Source of the DNA: Gordius albopunctatus
Lineage: Eukaryota
Direction of reading: 5' to 3'
DNA length: 64,000 nucleotides
Assembly (NCBI GenBank): GCA_964276515.1
Contig: OZ193909.1
Coordinates: 1 to 64,000 of the forward strand
Shown: positions 13,081-26,722 of the stretch, piece after piece
Layout: every line of letters begins with the position of its first letter
Numbering within the stretch: position 1 is the first letter of the stretch
Notes under the pieces: model-generated
The model's database searches: none
Told to the model about the DNA's origin: nothing
What the model saw: only the letters and a program-made list of their open reading frames with translations
Position numbers and translations under genes: made by a program

Positions 13081-16000
13081 TCAAAAAACGAAATCGGGGG
13101 TCGCCATTTCGATGGCCCACAAAAATTTTTCCCGTTGAGTTTTGTTGTAAAGCTTGGCGACGCTTATGTCATTTTTCTTGCACCTATAACACAGGCGAAA
13201 TTATATGGCGTGATGATCAGGGTAGATAGAAACTAATCTTACCAGGCAACCGTGATTCTCGGATCGAGGTAATTGAGTTTAGACGTACCGAGTGCGATGC
13301 TTTTGTTTTCCTCCTAACGATAAAATACAACAAGCATATAAAAGGTGAAAAAACCCATTGTCCAAGTATGAAGTTGAAAGGAGGCGAAGAGAAGAGATAA
13401 CTACTACCTTATCTGTCGCTTGGAGATCGAGTTTGAGTAGTTGTTCCTGCAACCGTTTCAACTTTAATTTTTTCTTCTCGTAATTGCCCAAATTTTTGGG
13501 ATTGTTATCCTTCTTTAATTCTGCCTTAGCCACTTTGGCCTCGTGTTTCGCTTCTGCGATCGCTTCCTTTTTACCCTTAGCCTACGCACGATGTGTTTCA
13601 ATTACATGAATAAGCGTAGTAAAATATTTGTAAAAATAAGGTAGAAATAAGATTTGTAGGTGCTACTTTGTCTTGCAGATTTTCCATCTGTTTCCCGTGT
13701 GCTTTGGGTATGGTCCTTTGATGGTTGCACAATATGGCCACTGCTCTGTTGGCCCGATTGTAAGCCAACAATTTTTCGTGCATCGATGAGTTTTCTAAGA
13801 AATAAGTTTTTCTTTTATAAATGAAGGGCAAATGTATGACAAAATATAGGTTGAAAAGGACGAACCGGTAGTCAATTTGTTGAGCTGATCTTGCAGCGTC
13901 ATAGACGCGTTGAATGTACGAAATACTTTGGCGGTCAAACCTTCCATTTGTTCGTTCAGATGTTTGTTCAATATTTGAGTCTATTTAAAATAAATGGATA
14001 CATCATAGATGATATAGCGACCAACAAAGCGTAATATATAAATAGGGTAATTAACGGTGAGTCGGTCAAAGATGTCGTCGCCGTTCTTTTTGTTTTGCAT
14101 AAAGAGTTGGATGTTTTTGAAGACACGCTTTTCGACGGGAACGTTGTTTTGGTATCGAATGCAATCCTTACCTGCAAACACGTGACACGAGAATGAGACG
14201 TCATAATGATACAATGCAATAATAATACGAAAATGGTGGTGGATATAGTGGGATGAATAAAAGGAGACACATATTATTATTGTAAATTAAAGAGGCAAGG
14301 AGGGGGGATGCTACCTAGGAAATCGAATTCGATCACATATTCTTCGTCGGCCAGTTTTTCGTGCAACTTCACGTGTTCCACCCGCAACGAACAACAACCA
14401 ACCGTATCTGCAGTCTCCCCTTCTTCCTTTTCGTTCCCAGCCCTCAGTGCTAACTACAACATATCAATACCACATTACACATATTGATTCATTCATTCAC
14501 TTAGCAGCACATCTCAAGTATTCCAAAGATATTATTGTAGCTCGTAGCACAAAAAAGAGTTTATTATAGGTAGCAGGCAGATAAAGTTTGGCAATGCCAT
14601 CAATCTCCTGCCTGCTCATGCATGCATGCACAAGGCGCTCACTTTGTCGATAAAGTAGAGAGCGACTCCCCGTTGCCGATCGAGCATAACTTTCGATTTC
14701 CAGTCTTCTCGGTACTTTTGTCTAATTTTGTCGACGCAAGTTTTGAGCCTTCGCGCAGTCTCGTATTTCATCCAATCTTTCTCACCCTTGTTAAAATCGT
14801 AGAGGATACAATAGAGCCAAAAGATGATGATGTTATTGGTGGTGGTAGCGATTTGGGGCGGATAAAAAGTAGAATACCTTCAATTTGGAACTGGGGTTCA
14901 GCATGATGTACTTGATGCTATGTTGCACGTTCTCGGTCCAAGAGGCGAGCCAAGTGACCGCATTATCGTGTCTCACCTCTTTCCACTTGTGCCCGGCAGG
15001 TGGTTCCGCAATTTTGCCGTGCCTCGAAAAACACAAGCAATCCAAAGGCACGATTACAACACGTTAAAATAACAATCTTTACACGGTAGCAAGAGGAGGG
15101 GATAGAAATTGTTATAGAAATTAAAATATTCTGCAGACCTGCGATCAACTCACCTGCCACAATTGATGATAACGTCCTCGGGTTCGATCCTCTTTTTCAA
15201 CTTGCCCATCTTCGGGTGATCTCCCCTGCCTCTAAATAAACTAGGTGGCTCTATCTTGTAATTTCCAATCTTTTGTGGTCTGCCATCCAAGATGCAAAAC
15301 CCGTACTCTTTTTGCATCTCTTCCTGTTCCTGCTTAATGCGCTACAAACACAAAAATACAAGCATATCACATAAAATAACATCATACATATACTATATAT
15401 GAGTATTACGTGTTCACGCATTATATCTCACCATTTTTTCTTCTTTCGACATATTTTTACGTTCTTCAGAAACCTTTTTGAAATGATCAGCCATCATTTG
15501 AAAATCGCATTTATCCAGGTCTGTGATCAACGCTTTTTCCTCCTTCGTCATAACCTTGTAAAATAAATACAATATTACGTATAAATCATAACGAGAATGG
15601 CTCTTGTTTATTAATTGTCAAGTTCAAATAAAATATATTTGAAAAAATGGATCCATACTTTTCGCCAGTCCTTGAAAAAGTTATCTTTAAATTGTTGTTT
15701 TGTAACATATTCATGTTCTAACATCTTGCCATAAAACCCTGCAACCTCTTCAGCTGGTGGACTCAATTTTACAACTTTGCCTAAAGGATAATAATTGATA
15801 AAAAAAGGCATACTTCATATAAATGAATGAATGATACCATCATATTTGAAAGGGACATCTTTAGGAAGAACTACGTATTTGGGGGCAAAAACGGGACCTC
15901 GATGCTCTAAAGTGTTCCACTTAACTCCATCTTCCCTTGATTCCTCTTCCCACCTATCAAAATAAAGGATTTATGCATGTTTTGCAACAATATTGATTGT

Positions 16001-17259
16001 TAAAAAAATATGGAAGAATGGATTTGACTGCAAAAAAGTTACCATTTCCATACATTATCCTCTTCTTTTTTCACTTCTTTATTATCACTCTTAGATCTTT
16101 TCTTTTTAGCAGGGCTACTATTAGCAATTGAATCATTCAAAGTATGTTCTAATTTGATTTTAGTTGTAGAAGACTGTGTATGGCTGATAGTAGTATCTTT
16201 CATCTATTAAAATATCAAATAATCAATTTATAATTGCCTAAAAATAAATATAAAGATTTAGAGTGAATATTAGAAAAATAAAAATTCTGTGATAACTGCT
16301 TCAAAAACATGTTTTTAATTACTTTGTGTTTCTCATTCATCTTTTTATTGCTAACTCCTTTGCTTGTTAAACCATTCTTTGCATTAGATTTATCAAATAA
16401 CAGTTGTTTATGTTCATCAATATTTTTTAATTTATCTTTGTTTGTAGAAGGTGAATTTACTGTAGACTCCATCTCTTTTTTGATCTATAAAAGAATTTTT
16501 ATAAAATTTTTTTTTATAAAATAGTACTTTATTTTTGGCTGCTAATTTATTAAGCTTAAGAGTTAATGGTTCATCATCATCATTTGTCTTAGTGAGCTTG
16601 TTCAATTTTGTTGATAGGGGTTGATCATCTTCAGATTCTGATGATATGATGGCTCTTTTCCCAGTGGTTACATTCTGAGCTACTTTATCCATATTAGGCA
16701 ATTCAGATGTTGGAATATTCGAATTTCGAACATATGAAGATGTAAGTGGACCATGGCTTAAACCATCTTTATTATTTGTACAAACAAAAATATTTAATAT
16801 AATTACCTGAAGGTTGTGCAAGAATTTCATTTAATATTTGGTTTTGCTCAGCCGTAGCAGGCTCTGGACAATTTGCATTCGTGTTATAATGTGGAATTTT
16901 ATTCTAAAAAATATTAATATCATTTGTAGATTAAGAAAATAAAAAAGCAACAATAATAATCTTACATCAATATAACTCACACCAGATGGAGGATTAATGA
17001 TATTACTATCATGGTTTATCTCTAGCTTAATATCAGTATTAATAAGGTAATTATCTTGCATTAATGTAAAAGGTGCATTGTAATTTTGATTTGGATCTGA
17101 GAAAGTAGGCAAATTGAATTCGCCAGTACACTGAGTCTCTTTTAGCATCTCAGCATTGTTTACAACCGAAGGATCATAATTATAGGATAAACCGGAATGT
17201 GAGTTAACTATCCCTGTATTCATATACAGATTAAAATTGTTAGGAGATTGAACAGGCAT
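13081..17259 (-). CDS. TOP1: DNA topoisomerase I (type IB)
   Basis: 18 GT-AG coding exons: 17259-16966, 16903-16807, 16766-16528, 16484-16323, 16203-16043, 15953-15838, 15780-15659, 15554-15432, 15341-15154, 15022-14878, 14786-14643, 14453-14315, 14171-14056, 13980-13866, 13794-13667, 13581-13408, 13313-13243, 13183-13081. Motifs include [49 protein letters not shown] and the catalytic [10 protein letters not shown]. The start codon is tentative. Confidence 0.97.
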
Positions 17260-17667
17260 TATTTCAATAAGAAATTTATACGCATTATCGGGTGAAATAT
17301 GCGTTCTATACAAATGATAAAATAATGTCCAAGCCTAAAACAAAATGTTGTCATACATCGAAATTAAAATATTTAGCCCAAACATATAGAGCTTATAGAG
17401 GAAATATATTAAGATTGGCTATTTAATAAAATATTGTGATTAGAAGCGAGCTTTGAATTTATTAAAAAATCAATCTAAAAAATTTCAGAATACAGTCCCC
17501 TTCATGCATGTTAAGATCAAGTTATACTAGGCAGTCAAGCTAATTTTTTGCAAGGCACGGCCCAGCCTGGATCATTCCTGAAAAAGATTATTTTATATTT
17601 TGCTACTTTTTAAAAGCAAATTTTAAAACAATTATTTATTCATATTTTGAAAACTCTTAATAATATT

Positions 17668-17995
17668 TGTCATATATGTATGACATATATGGTGTTGAAG
17701 AATAGCAGATAGATGCAAGAGGTATTTACCAGATGCGAAACGATAGTAGGCGGGAGACAAAGGAAATTAAGAAAGAGGAGTAAAGTAAGGGACGCACTGG
17801 AGGGGATTATAACAACTGGCGCAAGGCACATAGAAAGAGAAAACGTCAGAAACGAAGGAGAGATAAAACTCATTAATTAATTTTCTTTAGTAAACCTCGT
17901 ATTTTGTGATAATAGTAATTTGTGACTTAAAATAAATCGAATACTCAATTGTGATAATAGTAATTTTGTACTTGGAATAAATCGCAGACACAATA
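17668..17995 (+). mobile_element. Probable solo LTR
   Basis: Begins TGT and ends ...CAATA, flanked by a 5-bp direct repeat ATATT (17663-17667 and 17996-18000). Has an internal tandem TTGTGATAATAGTAATTT...AATAAATCG duplication. Confidence 0.55.
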
Positions 17996-20379
17996 ATATT
18001 CATGTTAGAAAATTACAGGCTCAAATGGGTTTTTATAACTTCCAACAAGGACCCGCCGTTAAACGTTAAACCTTCCCTTTAGGTACTTGTTGCTGCATAC
18101 AACAATTTATTATTATTGGAAACAGTATGAATGTTAATTATATTTAACTAATATTACCTAGTTTTGTTAATTTCAACCTTATTAGAATTTTTTACAAATA
18201 TACTTATTTACAAATCGCAAGTTCAATGAATAAATGACGAGAAAATATTAATATGAATTTCATCCTTATTTTAGCAATTGGATAATTTAAAAAATTGATA
18301 AATAAGGAACAACTTTTCTTTTGCGACCAGAAAAATAAAATCACTATTGAAAAAATTTTCTGGCCAGAGCCGCGTCTACTTATAGCTAGGCCCTGTCCGT
18401 ATTTTTTTTAACTAAAAGCCTGTCAATGCCCATCACGCTTATAGGTCATCCGCGGGCAGGAATTTTATAATATTAACTTTGCCGATGTCATATAAATTTG
18501 CTTTAATAAAGTTGGCTATGTTATGATCACCTTCACCTAAAAGCAAATTTTACGAATCAATTTAACAAACCATAAAGTTTATTAAGAGTTTAATTTAATC
18601 ATCAATATCAACTGTAAATTAGAACACTCTGTTTCTAAAAAAATACTTCAAACAAGTTTAATAATGAAGCATGCGAAACTCTTTGTACTATTATCATTTG
18701 CTTTGAGTAAAAATTATCAGTATTTTATTATGCTCTTCTCTAGTAGTTTAAACACTCGCAATTTTTAAAAACAAGGAATATTAAGAAAGTTTAGATATGC
18801 ATGTTTAACGCTTAGAAAAATTAAATTATAAATTACCTCTATAACGTAAGTTATCTTCCTCTGACCGGGCACTATTTTTTTAAAAGTCCCTTCTTTAACG
18901 AAAAATGGAAGCCAATTAATTAGCAAACATAATAAAATTAGTTTATTATGTAAATCACATCTTAAACTTTATAAAAACAATATTTGATGTTTTTCATAGG
19001 TCTTTAAGTGTGCAAATTTTTAAACTAATTATGTTATTTTTGTGTATTATAGATTCTACCGTAGGTTTTAATGGGTTATGATAGTATTTTTAAAGAAATA
19101 ATAAAGAATTAATTTATTTTTATTTTAAATCCGGCACTAGAGACGAAAATTTTTGTCTATGATCTTCAGGTTACAAAAGCGAAATACTGCACAAACTAAT
19201 ATAAATTTTGTATATATATGGTAAGGTTGTGTGATAGTGAGGTAATACGCGTGATAGTGGAATGATACGCGTGAAGGTGAGATGATACAAAGTAGAATCT
19301 GAATATGACCGTGCTATAACATTTGGTGCAGTCTATAACAGTTAAGTTTTATCTAAAGTTAAATTTAAAATTAATAAAGGTTATTAATTATTATAAGCCT
19401 AACATTGACAAGAGACCTATTAATCTCGATGATTTAATAGGTTTTAACCCTAAACCACCCACCCCCTTATGCCACTGGCGATTTATTATGTCTAGTTTAT
19501 TTTGATTAAATTTAACAAATGGACATATCTACTTATTAAAGATTCATAAATATTGTATGATATATTATCAGATGGTTCTACTTTTAAAATGATCCACTAA
19601 ATGTTTTTAAATGGCTTAGTGACTACTTAGGAACCTGCAACGGGCCTCTTTAGGTCAATCGGTCTGCCCGTTAAAATAAATTTGAAGCCTTACCTGGTCC
19701 GGGCCCGTATACAAAACTTTTATTTTTTCATTTTAGATATTAATTTTATTATTAAATATTTAAACCATATGCATGTTAAAAATGTTAATAATAACATGTA
19801 AAAATAATGAATAATTAATAATTTCCGGTCTTAAAAGAATTCTTATTTTTTTAGAGGCGGCTTGGACTTAAAACTTTTTATCACTAGTGGCACTCGTAGG
19901 CGGTCATAAAGCTTTATATACTAATAATTTTAAAAACCCTTTTTAAGTTTATATATTTGTAATAGATATTACTTGGCTTCTACGCTTTTCCACGTTTCTA
20001 AATATTTTATTTAATTCATATGGCATGAAAATATCAGTGATATTCTATAAAGGGAACTTCATGAGAAGGAAAATTTTACAATATTTATTAATGAATATAA
20101 ATCTTACATACACTTTTAATAAAACAAATTAATTTTCTAGTGTGAATAGATTTTTGAAGTGTAAGAATGGAGTAGATTAGGTCTCTATATAATCGGATTA
20201 ACAATTAAAAACAAAATCAACATATAAATGTATTTAAAAAATATTTGCGTAGTGTGGCTATTTTTAAACCTTTGTATTTTGCTAGAAAATTTTATTTAGA
20301 AAAAAATCAGGAATGTATTAAGAAGGAAATTTAATTTTAATCTTAGTGTTAATTTTACCTCCAAATTTTATATGGAGTA

Positions 20380-22200
20380 ATTCCTTCCTTACTCTCTCCT
20401 TTCCTAAGACGTTATCTAGAATTCCTAGGGGGGCAAGACTGGCCGTCCAACAATTTATTATAAATCTGATAACGTCCATAACTAATGATCCGAAGAACCT
20501 TGCTAATTGGGACAAAATCCTTAAATTCTCATACCACATTCTCTTTATCAGGCCGCCCGAAGACTTAAACCTATCTAAACAAATAAAAGACTCCATTGTT
20601 ACTTTTGACACCTGTACACTCTTATGCCCTCCCCAGACAAAACCTGCTCTTGCATCATCTTTGAAACATACTGCTAAGCTTGTATCCAGCAAAATGAATC
20701 ATTTAATCTAAAGAGAGCTCTGAGGATGTTTTATGGCAACGATACAATCGCCTCTAGCACACAGGAAACTTACAACCAGCTTATACTAAAGCATCCTCCC
20801 TCGTCATCCTTAAATAAATATCCCTACTCTAAATCCAACATATCCTTAGATTCCGCCGAGGTCGCTGAAGCCATTAACTCATTTCCCCTAGATTCTGCAG
20901 CCGGCCTAGAAGGAATCCGCCCTGTATATTTCCAAGATTTACTTAAAATTAATAACCTAAACTCAACATGCCTCCTAAAGGGCATAACATATTTATGCAA
21001 TCTCATTGTCAATGGGGACGTGCCTCATGAAATAATACCTATTTTGTTTGGCTCCAAATTGATAGCGATTAAGAAGCCAGACAATTCCCTAAGACCTATC
21101 GCTATTGGGGGAGTTTTTAGGAGGATTATTTTTAAAATAATATGTAATAAAATCAAACCGATCCTTTCCACTAACCAAAGTCCACATCAATTAGGTTTTG
21201 GAATAAAGGGTGGCTGCGAAGCTGCTAGTCATGCCGCTAGGCTAGCCCTCGAAGCCATACCATCGGATCATTGCATGGTCAAACTAGACTTTGCCAACGC
21301 TTTAAATTGCATTTATAGTGATGTCCTTATTGAAAATTTTCTCGAGAAATTTCCGGAGTTCCATAACTACATCTTATTAAGTTATGGCTCAACATCTTTT
21401 TTAAGATTTGGGGATTTTAAAATAAATTCATCTGAAGGTATCCAACAAGGTGATCCATTGGGTCCGCCATTATTTTGCTCAGATATCCAAAGTTTAGTGG
21501 ACACTAAATATTTGGTAATTGAACGATGCCACCTTTTGTGGTCATCCTCGCAAAGTTTTTAAAGCCACCAAAATTATAAAGGATTACGAACCGATTTTAA
21601 AACTAAAAATAAACGAGACCAAATGTGAGATATTTAAACCCCCTGACTACTCATTATATCCACACATTACCCCTTTTTTAGCAATCGAGAAAGACGCTAT
21701 GTGCCATCTTGGATCGCCTATAGGTGGTAGAGTTGGACTCGCAACTTATTTGGAGAAAAGTCTCTCTATTTTAAACTCAAAATTAGATCTCTTAAAGTGT
21801 TTGCCTTCACATCACGCTTTTTACATAATGAAAAACTATTTTAATATTTCAAAAATTCAGCACTGTTTTCGCTCTTCAAGTGCTTTCTTACACTCGGAAA
21901 TTTTAAACCTCTTCAAACAGAATATTAAATCTATTTTACAATCTATTTTAAATATAAAGTTCAATACTCATAGCTGGTTACAAGCTTCCCTACCAACCAA
22001 ATCGGGTGGTTTAGGGATTCGCTCACCTGCCGCAATATCTCTAGTCTCGTTTATTTCATCTTACAAATCGGTACAAGATACCACTTTTAAGTTGTATCCT
22101 GTTAAAGAAGACCCGCTTTTACCCATTGCTTTAGCTGTTTGGGAAAACAATACCAATCCCGGAACACCTTTGCCACAAACCTCACGACAAAGCTATTACC
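20380..22200 (+). mobile_element. CRE-like non-LTR retrotransposon, RT region, 3'-truncated and frameshifted
   Basis: ORFs 20346-20711, 20726-21562 and 21519-22280 give SRIPRGAR, LRPIAIG, DFANALN, QQGDPLGP and WLQASLPTKSGGLGIRS. Confidence 0.9.
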
Positions 22201-22679
22201 AAAACAACAACACGCACTTAATTCCTAGTGTTAAAGAGAAGGGAGGGCGCCCTCAAGTCTGGTGTAATTTGTCAATGTAAAAGATAGGGATAATTAATTT
22301 TTTATATAATTTAAAAAGTAAAAGTGCTACAATAAAAAAAATTGTAAATACATTCCTCTCCCCTATATCTACGTATTAAATCTATTAAATAAAATTTTTA
22401 CCGACTAATTTGCAAGTTATTGCCGTTTTAAAAACGCTAAAATCGCGTTTTTGGCAACTTTGACAGCGAATATTTAAAAAACTTGACGTATAGGTAAAAA
22501 AAACTAAAAACATATTTGTGTTCACCGTGAAAACTCTACCAGAATCTGCAAACAGTTTGCCGGTTAATTTTTCTTGTTGAACCGTGATATTAAATAAATA
22601 TAAATTACTAAAACATTTTTAAACCCCTATGGTAATAGTTTATTTATAATGCACAATTTTTATTTTAGTGATTTTGTAA

Positions 22680-23451
22680 AGGTCGGGCTTTAGGTATTTT
22701 TGCAGAAGTCGGATTTGTTGGGAATTTTATGCCCGAACCCGGCCCGGTTCAATTTTAGATTGCCCGGCCCGAAATATTGAATTTGCCTGTTAGGCCCGAA
22801 ATTTTTCGCTCAAATTCTTTCAACCACTATTAATGGCACATTGAATAAAACAAATATAGAAATATTTTATTATCCCGGACAAAATCTAAATTTCTAAATT
22901 ATTTAAAAGTCGAATGATTTATGAAACTCTTGAGCTTTAATTTTAATCCTAATAGGTAGAATAATTTTGTCAATTTGGGAATGACGGTTTTGTATTGAGA
23001 ATAGGTGGCACATGTGAATTAGGAACAATGGAAGGGCTACATAAATTTAAGTAATTCAATCCTTTGCATGAACGTAGCTATGGATAGGAACTTGATGAAA
23101 ATTGAGTGTTTCGTGCAAAAATTATAGAAATAATTTGGGGACGGATGGCGAAATCAAGTTTCTCTTTTAGCATTTTCGTATAATAAAAAAGTAACAAAAT
23201 AATACATTATCTAAAAATTTCATTAAGCCCGAATCGTCCGAATCCTAACATCATGCCCGTCCGGGCCCGTCCGAATATAAAAAATTTCGGACATTTGCCC
23301 GACCTGGTCCGACCCTTAGGGCAGCGGGCCGAGCAATCTGGTCTCTGATTTTTAGGCCTGGCCCGTTTCGTTCATTCAATATTTTTTAAGTTGAGGCCCA
23401 TCTCGGGGGTTTGGCTTTTAGGCCCGTCCGCGGGTCGGCTGCAGGTCTCTA
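22680..23451. mobile_element. Nested hAT-type MITE ends with GGCCCG-like subterminal repeats
   Basis: TIR-like ends TCTGGTCTCTG (23337-23347) and GCAGGTCTCTA (23441-23451) match the TIRs of the elements at 33858 and 50285. Confidence 0.6.
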
Positions 23452-23962
23452 GTGAGTAGTATTAATTGTTTGAGTGACTTAGCTTTTACAGATATAGTAA
23501 AAATTTCGTTAAGGGAATATATATTCTATGTTAAGCCCAATGAGCCTGAGTCCAATGTTTTAATTTGATGCGCAAGCCATCAGACCCGTCAAAATGCTAT
23601 AAGCTCCCGATTTGTCTCGTTAGTTTTTAGAATAAAATCCTACAACTTCAATGGAACTTTATTTATATCGACCTATTCGTTCGTTCCCTCTAACAACCTC
23701 AATAATACGCTTTTTGCTGCCGAGGGGCTAATAAATTGCAAATACAAAGCCCTAATATGCTGTATTATTTGTACCTCAAGTTACATCTTTTTCTGGCATT
23801 CGGTAGTCTTTAGATTTTTAAGGAGTTAGAAAGATAATTAGCATCAAAACATTCCATACCTTTTTAAATAAAAAAAGACTTGGCATTCTTGTTGCTAAAT
23901 GCAAGTTTAACCGGTTTGCGTTTGTGAGCGCTTTAACAACCTTTTAAAAGATGTTAGATTAG

Positions 23963-25004
23963 TGTCGTATATGGGAATACTTATATTTGTATATCATTGT
24001 ATTATTGCTATAATTATAATAGTTTAATATTGTAAGCCAAATTCCGATTTGGCAGAAAAACATATGTTTTCATTCTTATCCTTATAATTATCCTTTATTC
24101 TGTAGTTTCCACACCCCGGCCCTAGTGATCAACTAGTGATCAATAAAATTATCTTATTATTATTCCTATTATTAGTTATTTATTATTTTAACAAATGATG
24201 ATAGTGAAAGAAGAACTCAAGCCTCAATTAAACCAAGGGTATTGAACAAAAAGAGTGAAGAAATAATTCAAAATTCAGTGCTTAATTCTAAGGAGGAAAA
24301 GGGATAATAAGAATTCAGGATATTAATTCATTATTCTATGGAGATCATAAGAACTTATGATGTGAATTCAATGAGAATTCAAGGGATAATAAGAACTCAG
24401 GATGTTAATTCATTATTCTATGGATATGGGAGGATAGGAGTATTTCCAACTTAAAATAGAAAACTACATATGAATTTAACCCTGACACTAGCTTCCCCAA
24501 AACCCACTTTTCCAAATCCACACCATCAAACCCCCATATTTCCCTTTCTGACAATTTCCACCCCATCTCACCTTCCCAGCTAATACATTCTTGGAACTAG
24601 CATCCCCAGAGGAGTTCAAGTTGCCAAGTCCACACCCTAAAACCCTCCATATTTCCCCTACTGACAATTTCCATCCCATCTCACCTTTACAGCTAACCCA
24701 CTTCAAAAGTATTGAATGTTACACATTGTTGTTGGAGCATATGGTCGAAGAATTCATTCTTTAAAGGGAAAGGTGTCGTATATGTGAATACGTATATTTG
24801 TATATGATTGTCTACAGATTATATTATTTCTATCATTATAATAGTTTAATATCGTAAGCCAAATTCCAAGTTGGCAGAAAAACATATGTTTTCATTCTTA
24901 TCCTTATAATTATCCTTTGTTCTGTAGTTTCCACACCCCGGCCCTAGTGATCAATAAAATTATCTTATTATTATTCCTATTATTAGTTTTATATTATTTT
25001 AACA
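23963..25004 (+). mobile_element. TRIM-like non-coding mini LTR element
   Basis: LTRs 23963-24193 and 24774-25004 (TGT...ACA), 5-bp TSD ATTAG on both sides, PPT AAAGGGAAAGG before the 3' LTR, and about 580 bp of non-coding interior with internal duplications. Confidence 0.88.
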
Positions 25005-26011
25005 ATTAGATTAATTTTTTTTAAAATGGCGGATTTTATTTTAAATATGTTTGTGAATTTATTATCTTCTAATCATTTCTGTAATTTTTTATCTCTAGGG
25101 TAAGCAGTGTTCGTCGACCTTGGTTAAATATTATATATTTTTGAGAACTTTCGTAAGTATTTTTGAGGACCAAAGTTTTTTGTATTCCAGTATTCAATCC
25201 TTTACTTATATATCTTTGCGTAGTCCAATATGTGTTGTCCCACCACGTTCATTTGAACTGAAAGGTTTTTGGTGTCTCCTGTCATTCCTTTTATGTGGAC
25301 GCATGGTCATATGTTCCCTGTTATAGAAATCTGCCGTGTTTTGGATCAATTTGTTATACTTAAATTTTGTCAAATAGTATATCCTATTTTAATCGCTTTA
25401 ATAACAGATTTCATATATACGTTTCATTAAAAGAAAGTTTCAATTTTTTTATCGATTCAACTTCTTTAATAACAAAATAATATTTTTATTTAATTTATCA
25501 CATTTACAACCAAATAATCCATATTGCTAAAAATCTTAAAGTTTTGAATTATTAAAATTGTCTTATGTCATAAATTGTAGGCATTAAAATACATGATAGG
25601 AATAGTTATAAAGGTTTTGATTATGAAAAGATGGGTTCATATGCTATAACATATCGCTACTTGAGGAGTGCGATATCTGCACAAAACTCCGAACTGAGAT
25701 AATTGAGTTCAAAGTTTGAAATGCTATAAATCTTAACTTCCTATTCATATGACTTGAAACAATATTTTAACACTGTTAAGGACTGATATTTATTCACGTA
25801 AACTATTAGGAGTGTGATACAAAAACACGACGACATAACAAGTGTCTTGGCGTATATATCCAACGCCTTTATATGTTAAAACCAATTAACGCTAATTTGA
25901 TCGCCAACGCGCGTGTAAATAACATCAACACGCAGGTAACTATCGTATCCCTGGAGGCACTTTACCTCTCTTCTGTTCCCCCCTTTTCACAAAGATAAGG
26001 CCTTAGGTAGC

Positions 26012-26722
26012 TTAGGGCCTGTCGTACCCGGCGTGGGTATCTAACATCAGGCGGGGCATTGTTAAGCTCCGGATCCATGGGAGCGACACTGTGTTACCCC
26101 GCTCCTGTAGCGGCACTGACATTCGGAACCGTTGGCAGGGGACCCTGACTAAATGCCGTTGGTAAGGGCTCGCATCACCTGACCCGTTCGCGAGTGTAAC
26201 CCGGTGCGGCCAACCATTTTCGTGTCCGCCCATTCTCCAGTCCAATATTTTCCTTCGTCTCACTTGATCTAAATGTCGATGGTGGCTTCTCCCTAGGGCC
26301 TTAACGTCGAACGAGCGCGTCCCGCGCTTGGAAATAATGGTGCCCTCCACCCGTTTATCGGGCTCCAGGAACATAAGCACCCACACTGGGTCTCCTACGT
26401 CAAACCCTTGCGCCCTTTTTGCATCTCTCCCCCGGGGGACACTAGGTTCTCTTGATACTTCCCTTGACTCGTGCAGCTTAGGTAGGTACTTTTTGTAGCG
26501 TAGCCTTGGACCGACTACTATTGTTGTACCGCGCGTACCCCTAATCCACTCCCAGCGCTGCCGTAAAGTCCCATCGCTGGCGGTGTACTGTCGTATAAGG
26601 TTCCGTGCGATGGACGCGTTCGCGGTATCCTCTAGTACCTCTTCGGTAACTTGGAACGCATGCTTGCTTGGTCGTCTTGCCACAACAATGACTGCGTCAT
26701 CCTTACCCTTGATGGCAGCCAT
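26012..26722 (-). CDS. ORF2 containing an integrase C-terminal tail-like segment
   Basis: FDVGDPVWV...GTIISKRGTRSFDV...HRHLDQVRRR resembles the integrase tails at 43688-43915 and 51497-51991. No DDE core is visible. Confidence 0.6.
   Translation of the reverse strand: MAAIKGKDDAVIVVARRPSKHAFQVTEEVLEDTANASIARNLIRQYTASDGTLRQRWEWIRGTRGTTIVVGPRLRYKKYLPKLHESREVSREPSVPRGRDAKRAQGFDVGDPVWVLMFLEPDKRVEGTIISKRGTRSFDVKALGRSHHRHLDQVRRRKILDWRMGGHENGWPHRVTLANGSGDASPYQRHLVRVPCQRFRMSVPLQERGNTVSLPWIRSLTMPRLMLDTHAGYDRP

Noticed and set aside
19628..23451. One large hAT element enclosing the CRE copy
   Set aside because: The TIRs match only loosely and the candidate TSDs are offset and mismatched.
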